From assembly GCA_963770895.1 (NCBI GenBank), contig CAVYRF010000001.1:1024001-1088000 (forward strand): DNA of 64,000 nt. Reading direction: 5' to 3'. Positions 22,301 through 34,300 of this stretch are shown piece by piece (position 1 is the first letter of the stretch; every line of letters starts with the position of its first letter). The notes under the pieces were generated by a model. The model did no database searches, was not told the DNA's origin, and was given only the letters and a program-made list of their open reading frames with translations. Source of the DNA: an uncultured Acidobacteriota bacterium (GTDB taxonomy: Bacteria; Acidobacteriota; Thermoanaerobaculia; Multivoradales; UBA5704). The position numbers and the translations under genes are program-made.

Positions 22301-25300
22301 ACTATGCCGAGCTGCTGGTCGAGCTGCCAGTCGGCGCCACCCCGGCATTGCGGACGCTGGCGCAAGCCGGGGGCTGGACGCTGAACACCTTGGTGCAGCT
22401 CGCCTGGGCTCTGCTGCTCTGCCGCTGGACCGGCCGGCGCGACGTGGTCTTCGGCACCGTCGTCTCTGGGCGTCCGGCCGAGCTGCCGGGCGTCGAGGAC
22501 ATGCTCGGGCTGTTCATCAACACGCTACCGGTGCGCGTCCAGATGGCATCGGCGACGCCGCTCAGTGCCGCCCTGGACCGCCTGCAAGCCGACCTGCTGG
22601 AGCTGCGGCGTTTCGAATACAGCCCGCTGCAGGAGGTCCAGGGATGGAGCGAGCTGCCTGGCGGCGATGCTCTTTTCCAAAGCCTTCTCGCCTTCGAGAA
22701 CTTCCCGCTCGACGAGTCGCTGGCCGATCAGATCGAGGGCTTGGAGATCCGTTCGCTGGAGGTCTTCGAGCGCACCAACTATCCGCTCACCCTGGCGGTT
22801 GTGCCGCGTCACGATTTGCTGTTCAAGCTCCTCTACGACCGCCGCTTGACGGCCGCCACTGCGGAGCGCCTGCTCCGCCACCTCGGAAGCCTGCTGGCGG
22901 CCATGGCGGCGGCGCCGGAGCTGTCCGCAGAGAACCTGCCGATGCTCTCCCCTGCCGAGCGAGAGCAGCTTCTCGGTGAGTGGGGCGAGGTAGCGGCGGC
23001 GAATCCACCGCACCTCACGGTCGACCGGCTCTTCGCGGTGCAGGCGGCGCGCACCCCGGGCGCGGTGGCGGTCGAGAGCGGCGGAGAGCGGCTGACCTAC
23101 GCCGCTCTCGCAGCTCGCGCCGGCTGCCTGGCGCGCCGGCTGCGCCAACTGGGGGTCGGCAGCGAGTCGCGTGTCGCCATCTGCCTTGATCGTTCCCTCG
23201 ATCTTGTGGTGGCGATACTGGGAGTGATGGAAGCTGGAGCCGCCTTTGTGCCGCTCGATCCGGACCTTCCAATCCAGCGCCAGGATCTGATCTTCGCCGA
23301 TGCCGGCGTCGAGTTGGTGCTGTGCCGACTGGACGATGTCGGTGCCAGCGGCTTGGCCGGGTTGGCCGCCAAGCATGGCGCAAGCCTGCTCGATGCCGCC
23401 AATGCCGCGCACGACGCGACCCCAGCCGCGGCGCCGCCGGGACCGGCCGCCGTCACGGTGCTCGAAACGCCACCGGCGCCCGGCGATCTCGCTTACTTGA
23501 TCTACACCTCGGGTTCAACCGGCTATCCCAAGGCAGTGATGGTCGAGCACGGCAATCTGGCGCGGGTGCTGTGGGCGAGCCATACCGCATTCGGTTGGAA
23601 TGTCGGGGACGTCATGCCCTGCCTCGCGCCCTACTCGTTCGACATCTTCCTCTTCGAGCTTCTCAACCCGCTGATTGCCGGTGGCACCGCCGTGCTCGTG
23701 CCGCTGCGTCCAGTGCTCGACTTCGACGGCCTGCTTGCGGTGCTGCCCTCGGTCACGCGCCTGCACGCCGTGCCGACCCTGATGCGCCAGATCGTGGAGG
23801 CGGTGCTCACCGCGGCGCCGCCGGCGGACCTGCGCCGGCTGCGCACCGTCTTCGTCGGCGGCGATGCAGTGCCGGCAGCTCTGCTCGCGGACATGCGGCG
23901 CGCCTTTCCAGGCGCCGTGGTGCAGATCCTCTATGGACCGACCGAGGCGACCATCATCTGTTCGGCGGCGCCGGCGGATGCGGCTGGCGACGCCCGGCCG
24001 CTGCTCGGCCGGCCGCTGCCTGGCGTGGCGCTTCGCCTCTGTGACGCATGGGGCGAGCTGGCGCCGGCCGGCGCGGTGGCGGAGATCTGGATTGGCGGCG
24101 GCGGCGTCGCGCGCGGCTACTGGCAGCGCCCGGAGCTGACCGCCGAGCGTTTCGCGGCCCAGGACGGCCGGCGGTTCTTTCGCAGCGGCGATCTCGGCCG
24201 GTACCGCGCCGATGGCGTGCTGGAGCACTTCGGCCGCAGCGACGAGCAGGTCAAGGTGCGCGGCTTCCGCATCGAATTGGGAGAGGTGGAGGCGGCGCTG
24301 GCGCGCCATCCGGCGGTTCGCGAGGCGGTGGTGGCAGCGCTCCCCGCCGGCGGCGAGCGCGACTTCACGGGCGGCCACGGGCGCGACGCCAGACCCAGCG
24401 ACCACCGTCTGGCCGCCTACGTGGTCGCGCGGCGCAACGCGCCAGACGCGGCGGCGCTTGAGCTCTGGCCGTCGATCGGCGAATACTCGGTGTATGACGA
24501 GCTCATCTACGGCGAGCTGAGCGGCGACCAGCGCCGCAACCAGCAGTATCGAGCCGCCATCGAGGGATGGGTGCGGGACAAGGTGGTGGTCGACATCGGC
24601 ACCGGCGCCGACGCCGTCCTGGCCCGCGTTTGTATCGAAGCGGGCGCGCGCAAAGTCTACGCTGTCGAACAGCTCGCCGCATCCTGCGAGCTGGCGCGCG
24701 ACCAGGTCGAGCAGCTGGGCCTCAGCGACCACATCGTCGTCATCCACGGCGATGCTCGCACCGTGGAGTTGCCGGAGCCGGTCGATCTCTGCATCTCCGA
24801 GATCGTCGAGGCGATCGGTGGCGCCGAAGGGGCGGCCGTCATCCTCAAGGAGGCGCGCCGCTACCTGCGCCCGGGCGGCCGCATGGTGCCGGAGCGCGCC
24901 ACCTCGCTCATCGCCGGCGTCACCTTGCCGGACGACCTGATGGCGGCGCCGCGTTTCAACCGTACGCCCGGTCACTACGTGGAGAAGATTTTTGCCGAGG
25001 TCGGTCAGCGATTTGACCTGCGCCTGGGCCTGCGCCACCTACCCACGACGGCGTTGGTTTCCGACGCAGGGGTGTTCGAACTCCTCGACTTCACCCGCGG
25101 GGCGGCGGCCGAGTACAGCTTGCCTCTCCTCCTCACCGTCGAGCGTGCGGCGCGCCTCGACGGCTTCGCGGTGTGGCTGCGGCTGGAGCTGGGACAGGGC
25201 GAACGGCTGGACATCATGGAGCACCCTTCCTCGTGGTACCCGATCTTTCTTCCTGCTTTCGGCGACGGCGTCGCCGTCGAGGCCGGCGACCGCGTCGAGG

Positions 25301-28300
25301 CGCAATGCGGCGCCACCCTGTCGGACGACGGGCTGCATCCGGATTACTGGGTGAGCGGGCGCCTGGTGCGGGCGCACGGCGAGGAGGTCGCGATCGATTT
25401 CCACTCGCCGCACCACGGCACTGGCTATCGCACAACCCCGTTCTACGGCCGTCTGTTCGAACTGCCGGCCGGCGTGTCGGCCGCAGCTGCTACCGCCGCA
25501 GCCGCAGCGGGAGACGAGGGGAGCCTGCTCGAAGCGCTGCGCCGCCACATGCGCGCCGAGCTGCCCGACTACATGGTGCCAGCGACCTTCACGCTCCTGC
25601 CAACCCTCCCCCTGACCGCGAGCGGCAAGGTCGATCGCCGCGCGCTGCCCCTGCCGAGGGCTGCTGCGGCGCCGGGTCGGCCACCGGCCAATGCCGTCGA
25701 AGCGAGTTTGGTGGCAATCTGGCGCGACGTGCTGCGCAACTCCGACCTCGGTGTCGATGACAACTTCTTTGACCTCGGCGGCGACTCCATCCTGAGCCTC
25801 CAGATCGTCTCTCGCGCTCGTCAAGCCGGCCTGCGGATGAGCCCCCGCGACCTCTTCGAGCACCCCACGGTAGCGGACCTGGCGGTGCGGGCGGCACAGA
25901 CGGCGGCCGACGGCGGTGGGACGCCGGCCGACGACCGCTCGGCGGCGCGGGTGGCGGGTCCACTGCCGCTGGTCCCTGCCCAGCACGCCTTCTTCGCCGG
26001 CCGGCCTGCGTCGCCGCACCACTTCAACCAGACTCTGCTTTTCGCGGTCGCCGCGCCACTCTCGGCCGCGCAGACCGCCCGCGCCGTCGCCGCCTTGGTC
26101 GCCGCGCACGACGCCTTTGGCCTGCGCTTCGAGGAGGGGCCGGCGGGATGGACGCAGCGCCTGATTCCGGCGGGTGGCAGGTTGCCTTTCTTCCATATCG
26201 ATCTTTCGGTCCTGGCGGCACCGCGGCCGGCGCTCGAACGCGCCGCGGCAGCCCTGCAGGCGAGCCTCGATCTCGGTGGGTCCGCCGGCGAGAGCGGCGG
26301 GCCGCTCGCGGCGGCCCATTTCGATCTCGGGCCGGAGCGGCCGACGCGACTGCTGCTGGTGGTTCACCACCTGGTTGTGGATGCTGTCTCCTGGCGTATC
26401 CTGCTCGCCGACCTCGATCTGGCCTGCCGCCAGCTCGCGGCTGGGAAGGAAATCCGCCTGCCGCCGGCAGCCAGCTCCTTCCGGCGCTGGGCCGAGTGCC
26501 TTGCCGCGTACGCCCGCGAACATCCGTGGCGCGACGAGCTCGCACGCTGGACGGCCATCTTGGCAGCACCTGCAACGCCGCTGCCGCGCGGCGCTGACGG
26601 CGGTCCCAACTGCGAGGCGTCGCAGCGCACCGTCGAGGTCTCGCTTGCCGAGGAACCGACGCGCGCCCTGCTGCGCGAGGCGCCGGCCGCCTATCGTGCG
26701 CGCAGCGAAGACCTCATGCTGGCGGCGCTGGCGCTGGCGTTCGCCCGCTTCACCGGCGACCGCCGCCTGCTCGTCGAACTGGAGGCACACGGCCGCGAGG
26801 CGATCGTGCCGGGGCTCGATCTGACGCGCACCGTTGGATGGTTCACCGCGCTCTACCCAGCGGCCCTGGAGCTGACGCCGGGAGCGGCGCCGCGGGATGC
26901 CATCCGTGCCGTCAAGGAGCAGCTTCGCGCGGTACCTGGGCAGGGCTTCGGGTGGGGGCTGCTGCGCTATATGGCCAGCGGCGCCGTGGCTTCCCGCCTG
27001 GCGGCGCTGCCGGTCCCCGAGGTGAGCTTCACCTATCTCGGGCAGCTCGACCTCGCCCTGCCGCAAGACGGGGTGTTGGGTCCCGCCGATGAACAGGTGG
27101 GAGCGAGCCGCGCGCCGGAGATGCTGCGCCGCCATGCGATCGAGATCGGTGCCAGCGTCGTCGAGCGGCGATTGCAGATGAGCTTCGGTTACAGCGCCAA
27201 CTTGCATCGCCGTTCAGTCGTTGAGACGCTCGCGCACGACACCCTAGCCGAGCTCACGCGGCTGATCGCGCACTGCCTGTCGGCTGGCGCCGGCGGCGCC
27301 ACGCCATCCGACTTTCCGCTCGCCCGCCTCACCCAGGCCGAGGTGGATCAGCTCGTCGGCAGCGGACGCGCCGTTGTCGACATCTACCCGCTTTCGCCGC
27401 TGCAGCGCGGGCTCCTTTTCCACGGCGTCTACTCGCCCCACGTCGAGATCTACCACGAGCAGTTGATTTTCGATCTGCTCGGCGACCTCGATCTGCCAGC
27501 CTTCCACCGCGCCTGGCAGCAGCTGCTGGATCGCCACTCGGCGCTGCGCACCGCTTTTCATTGGCAAGGGCTCGCCGAGCCGGTGCAGGCGGTGGTTCGA
27601 CGGCCGATTCTCCCCTGGCGCGAAGAGGACTGGCGTGCCGTGCCGGCGGCGGCTGCGGGGGCGCGGCTCGCCGCGCTGCGCGCCGCCGACTTGGAGCAAG
27701 GCTTCGTGCTTGGCGCCGCGCCGCTCATGCGGCTCATTGTGGTGCGCACCGGCGAGGCGGAGACCCGGCTGGTCTGGAGCTTCCACCACCTGCTCTTTGA
27801 CGGCTGGTGCTTCTCGCTGCTGCTCCGAGAGGTGCTGGCGCTCTACGAAGCCGCACGCCGGGGTGGCACGGCACTCGCCGTCGCGGCACGGCCAAGGCCG
27901 TATCGCGATTTCATCGCGTGGCTGGCGGCGCAGGACCCGGCGCTTGCCGAAACCTTCTGGCGCCGCCGCCTGCAGGGATTCCGGACGCCGACGCGGCTGC
28001 CGTTCGACCGCCCGTCTGCGGACGCCGGTGAGCGTTCGTCCGACTACGGTGAGATCCACTCACGCTTGGCGCCGCCGCACGCTGCGGCGCTGCGCGAGCT
28101 GGCGCGCGGCCGCCAGGTGACGCTCAGCACGGTGGTCCAAGGCGCCCTGGCGCTGGCTGCCGGCCGTGCCGCGGCGTGTCGCGACGTGCTGTTCGGCGCC
28201 GTGGTGTCCGGCCGCCCGCCGGATCTGGCGGGAGTCGAGCAGATGATCGGCCTCTTCATCAACACGGTTCCGGTGCGCGCCGGCGTCGATGGACGCGAGC

Positions 28301-31300
28301 CTATCAGCGCCTGGCTCGCGGGACTGCAGGCGGAGCAGCTCGCCGCTGGCGCGTACGAGCATACGCCGCTCGACGCGCTGCGCGAGTGGACGGATCTGCC
28401 TGCGGGCGAGAGGCTGTTCGATATCCTCCTCGCCTTCGAAAGCTATCCCGTCGACCCGCAGCTAGGGCAGGGCCGCATCGCCGGCCTGGAGATCCGCGGC
28501 CTGGAGGTGGCGGAGCGCAGCAATTATCCGCTCACTCTGTCGGTAATACCCGGCGAGCCGATGCTGTTCAAGCTGACCTACGACCGCCGCTACGACCGGG
28601 TGACCGCGCTACGGTTCCTGGCGCGTCTGGAGCGCACTTTGGTGGAAATGGCGACAGCGCCCGAGCAGGCGGTATGCCTGGCGGGCGCTCTCGGCGCGGC
28701 GGAGCGCCAGCAGGTGCTGGTGGAATGGAGCGACACGGCCGCGGAATACGGGCGAGAGGAGTCGATCGGCAGGCGCTTCGCGCGCGTCGCGGCGTGGCGC
28801 CGGGAAGCCGTGGCGCTGGCCTGGTCGGGGGGCGAGATGCGCTACGGCGAGCTCGAAGCGCTGTCGAGCCGGCTGGCGCGCGAGCTGGCGATGCGCGGGA
28901 TCGGCCGGGAGTCGGTGGTGGGCGTGAGCCTGCCGCGTTCGGCGGACCTCATTGTGGCGTTGCTTGCGGTGCTGAAAGCTGGGGCGGCGTACCTGCCGCT
29001 CGACGCTGCCGAGCCGGTCGAGCGGCTGCGCTGGATGGTGGCGGATGCCGGCGCGTCGCTGGTATTGGGCCGTGGCGCGGCGTGGGGTGGTCGGGTGAAC
29101 GGCCGGGGGGCCGAATGGATGGACCTTCCGGCGCTGCGCAACGCCGCGGAAGAGAAGAGTCCGCCGTCGCAGGCGTTGCCAACCTTGCCGGCGGTCGACG
29201 GTGGGAACCTCGCCTACGTCATGTACACCTCGGGCTCGACCGGACGACCCAAGGGGGTGGAGGTGACTCATCGTGCAGTGCTGCGTCTGGCACACCCGGG
29301 AAGCTTTGCTCGGCTGGGCCCCGAGGACGTTTTCCTGCAGCACTCGCCGGTGTCTTTCGACGCCGCGACCTTTGAGATCTGGGGTGCGCTCCTGGGTGGC
29401 GGCCGGCTGGCACTCTACGAAGGGGAAGCGGCGTCGCCGGAGGAGTTGGAACGGGCGCTGACCGGGTACGAGGTGACGGTGCTCTGGTTGACGTCGGGAC
29501 TCTTCCGGCTGATGGTGGACGAGCAGCCGGCAGCACTGCGCGGCGTGCATCATCTGCTCGCCGGGGGCGACGTGGTATCGCCACCGCACGCACGCCGCCT
29601 GTTGCGGGAGGTGCCCACGGTGCTGCTGATCAACGGCTACGGCCCGACGGAGGGCACGACGTTCACCTGCTGCGCGGTGGTGGAGCCGGAAGAGGTGGGC
29701 AGCCTGCCGATCGGGCGGCCCCTTGCCGGCACCACGGTGGCGGTGCTGGACCCGGAAATGCAGGCGGTGGGGGTGGGGGTGGCGGGGGAGCTGTACGTCG
29801 GCGGCGACGGACTGGCGCGAGGTTACCGCGGAGACGCCCTGCGGACAGCCGACGTGTTCGTGCCGGACCCGCGAGGGGAGGAGCGGGGTGGTCGTCTGTA
29901 CCGCACCGGAGACCGCGTGCGCCACCTCGGGGACGGGCGGCTGCAATTCCTCGGACGCCTGGACGACCAGGTGAAGGTGCGCGGCTATCGGATCGAACCA
30001 GGGGAGGTGGAGGCAGCGCTGTCACGTCAGCCGCAGGTGAGCGCGGCGGCGGTGGTCGCGCGGCGGGACGGGCCTGGAGAAGCGCAGCTCGTCGCCTACG
30101 TGGTGGCGGCACCGGGCGCGACGCCCACCGGAGGCGAACTGCGGACCCGGCTGGAGCGCGAGCTGCCGGCGTATCTGGTGCCGGCGGTGGTGGTGGTTCT
30201 TGACGCGCTGCCGCTGACCACCAACGGCAAGATCGACCGGGCGGCGCTGCCGGCGCCGGGGACGGTTGCCGGTGCGCCGGCGGGCGCCTTCGCCGGTGGT
30301 GCGGCGCGCGCCGCGGTCGCGCCGCCGCGCGGGCCGGTCGAAGAGCGACTGGTGGCGATCTGGAGCGAGGTGCTGGGTCGCGGTCCGGGCCAGCCGATCG
30401 GTATCCACGACGACTTCTTCGCCCTCGGCGGTGACTCGATCGTCAGTCTGCGGATCGTCGCCCGAGCTCGCCAAGCCGGTATGGCGCTCACGCCGCGGCA
30501 GCTTTTCGAACATCCGACGATTGCCGAGTTGGCTTCCGAGGTGGGCAGCCTGGCGCCGCCGGAGGACCAGGGCGAGGTTACCGGCGACGTTCCTCTCACC
30601 CCGATCCAGACCTGGTTTTTCGACCAGAACTCGCCCGCGCCGCACCATTTCAACCAGACGCTCCTCTTCGCGCCGCTCGCGCCGCTCGCGATGCCTGCGC
30701 TGGCGCGGGCGCTGACGGCGCTCCTCTCCCATCACGACGCCTTGAGACTGTGTTACCAACATCGAAGCACGGGGTGGCGGCAGGCGATCGCGCCGCTCAC
30801 GGCGACGGCCCTGCCTCTCTGCCAGCTCGATCTGTCAGCGTTGCCGGCGGCGTTGCGATCGGACGCCCTCAAGGCCGCCTCCGCGGCGCTCCAGGCCAGC
30901 TTCAACCTCGGGCGGCCGCCGCTCGTGCGAGTGGCGTGGTTCGACCTCGGCCGCGACGCTGACCAGGGAGGTGGCGGCCGCCTGCTGCTGGCGCTCCATC
31001 ACCTCGTGGTGGATGTGGTCTCGTGGCGCATTCTGCTCGAGGATCTCGAGCTTGCCTACACCCAGACGGTCGCCGGGCAGGCGGTGGCCTTGCCAGCCAA
31101 GACTACCTCGTTCAAGCGTTGGAGCGAACGGCTGGCCGAACACGCCGGCAGCACGCTTCCGGCGGCAGCGCAGTGGACGGCGGCGGCAGAGGACGTCCCG
31201 GCCGGCAGCCTGCGCGAGGACGGGCCCGGCGGGCCGGACACCTTCGCGTCGGTGGCCGCCCTGGGCGTCGAACTACCGGCCGGCGAGACCGAGATCCTGG

Positions 31301-34300
31301 TGCGGGACGCAGCGCCGATCTACCGCATGCGCCCCGACGAGCTGGTGCTCACCGCCCTGGCGCTCGCCTGGAGCCGTAGCCACGGTGCCGTGCGCCTGCG
31401 CGTCGAGATCGAGCGCCACGGTCGCGACGTGGTGATGCCCGGCGTCGACCTGTCGCGCACCGTCGGTTGGTTCACCGCCCTTGTCCCGGTGACTCTGGAG
31501 CTGCCCCCTGGTGCCGGCGCCGGGACGGCGATCCGGCAGATCAAGGAACGCCTTCGCGCCGCGCCCGCTGGTGGACTGGGACACGGCCCGCAGCGCGCCG
31601 GCGGTGAAGTCGGGGCACGCCCGGCCGCCCAGTCTCCCGCTGCCATCGGCTTCAATTATCTCGGCCAGCTCGACCTGGTCCTCCCCCCCTCGGCTCTCCT
31701 GGCGCCGGCCGGCGAGGAGGTCGGGGCGGCGATAGCGCCTGCCATGGCGCGGCCACATCCGATGGAGCTGACCGCCGGTGTGGTGGGCGGCTGCCTGCGC
31801 CTTGACTGGACCTACGGCTCCTGCCGCCATCGCCGGCAGACGATCGCCGCCCTGGCGGAAGGGTGCCTCGCGGCGCTGCGCGAACTGATCTCCCACTGCT
31901 TATCGCCGGAGGCGGGCGGCGCCACGCCGTCGGACTTCCCGCTGGCGCACATCGATCAGGACGCCCTCGACCGCTTGGAGGGTGCGGGCGGCGCGATCGA
32001 AGACCTCTATCCGCTTTCGCCCCTGCAGCAGGGGCTGCTTTTCGATAGCCTCGCCTCGCAACGCGGTCACACCTACTTCGAACAGTACACACTCGCCTTT
32101 TCCGGCGATCTCGACGCCGCAGCCTTCATGCGGGCGTGGCAGCGGGTGGTGGATCGCCACCCCGTACTGCGCACCAGCTTCCATTGGGAGCGCCTCGACG
32201 AACCGTTGCAGCGGGTGCACGGCGCGGCCGCGTTGCCCTGGCAGAGCCTCGACTGGAGCGGCGCCAGCGCTGCCGAAGTACGCCGCCGGCTCGACGAGCT
32301 GCGCGGCGCCGACCGCGCGCAGGGCTTCGACCTCAGCCGCCCGCCGTTGATGCGCGGCACGTTGGTGCGGACCGGCGAGCGCGAGGCGCGCTTCGTGTGG
32401 AGCTTTCACCACCTGCTGCTCGACGGATGGTGCTTCGCGCTGATCTGGCAGGAGGTCTTTGCGCTCTACGAGGCCGACCGCCGAGGTGAGGTGGCGGAGC
32501 TGCCACGGCGCCGCCCCTATCGCGACTACATCGCCTGGCTGCAGCGCCAGGACTTCGCCGCGGCCGAGCGCTATTGGCGTGCGAACCTCGCGGGCTACGA
32601 GCCGGTGGAGATCGGCTTCGACTCCGACGCCGGCACCGCAGGCAGCGGAGCGGGAGACGAGGCCGCGGTGGAGGCGTTCGCCGAGCGGCAGCTGACGCTG
32701 CCGGCAGTGCTCACCGCCGCGCTGCAAGCGATGGGCGCGGCGCGCCACCTCACCCCCGGCACTCTCGTCCAGGCGGCCTGGGCACTGTTGCTGGCGCGCT
32801 GGACCGACCGCGAGGAGGCGTGCTTCGGTGCCGTGGTCTCCGGCCGGCCGCCGGAGATCCCGGGCGTCGATGCGATGATCGGACTGTTCATCAATACCCT
32901 GCCCCTGCGCATCGAGATTGACGGCGCGCAGCCCCTCGATGACTGGCTGCGGCGCCTGCAGTCGCAGGCCATCGAGATGCGCCAGTTCGAGCACTGCCGG
33001 CTGGTAGACGTCCAGCGTTGGGGTGGCCTGCCGGCCGGCGCCGCGCCGTTCAGCAGTTTGCTCAGCTATCAGAACTATCCGTTCGAGGTCCGCCCGGATG
33101 ATGACGGCCTTGCGGTGACCGGCTTGGAGGTCGCGGCGTCGAACCGCTTTCCCCTGGTGCTCGTGGTGGTGCCCGGGCAACGGCTGCTGCTGCGCTTGCG
33201 ACACGACCGCCGCCACGATGGACCCAAGGTGGAGCGGCTGCTCGGCCAGCTGCAGAGCCTGCTTGCAGCCTTTGCCGATGTCGACCTCGGTGGCGTCTCA
33301 CGGAGCGCCGCGGTGCCTCTGGCCGCCCTGCCGCTGCTCAGGCCCGCTGAAAGCCACCAGATCCTTACGGAGTGGAACGCCACGGCGCCCGGCGCCGTGG
33401 CGGCGGATGACGCCGCCGCCGTCTGCGTACACCGGCTTTTCGAGCGCTGGGCGCGGCTCACCCCCGACGCGCCGGCCGTGGTGTTCGAGAACGAGCGGCT
33501 TACCTACGGCGGGCTCGATCGGCTGGCGAACGGCTGGGCCCACCACCTGCGGCGGCTGGGCGTCGGTCCCGAGACGGTGGTCGGCCTGTGCTGCGAGCGC
33601 TCACTGGCCATGATCGTGGGTATGTTCGCTGTGCTCAAGGCGGGAGGCGCCTACCTGCCTCTCGAACCCGCCTTGCCGGCCGAGCGTCTGAAATTCATGA
33701 TGAGCGCGGCCGGCGCCGAGCTGGTGCTTGGCGAAGGCCGGCTCGCCGCCACGTTCGACGAGCTGCCGGGTGGCCATGGGGTCCGTTTCCTCGCCCTCGA
33801 AACCGACGCCGGCAGCGGAGTGCCATCGCCTCGCGGCATGGCACCCTCCTGCGGAGTGAGCGCCGGCAACCTCGCCTATGTCCTCTTCACCTCAGGCTCG
33901 ACCGGCCGGCCCAAAGGCGTGGCGGTCGAACATCGCCAGCTCGCCGCTTATCTCTCGGGCATCGTGCCGCACCTCGGAGCGGCGGGCGCGGGCGGCAGCT
34001 TCGCGACCGTCTCCACTTTTGCCGCCGACCTTGGCAATACGGCGGTCTTTCCGGCCCTCACCGGCGGCGGCTGCCTCCACGTCATTGCGCGCCCGCGCCT
34101 CCAGGATCCGGCGGCGATGGCCGAGGTCATGGCCGGCGAAGCAATCGAGGGTCTGAAGATAGTGCCCTCCCACCTCGCCGCCCTGCTCGCCGGCGCGGAG
34201 CCCGCGGCAGTGCTGCCGTCTCGATGTCTGGCGCTCGGCGGCGAGGCGCTGTCGTGGGAGCTGGCCACGCGGCTGGACGTGCTGGCGCCAGCCTGCCTCA

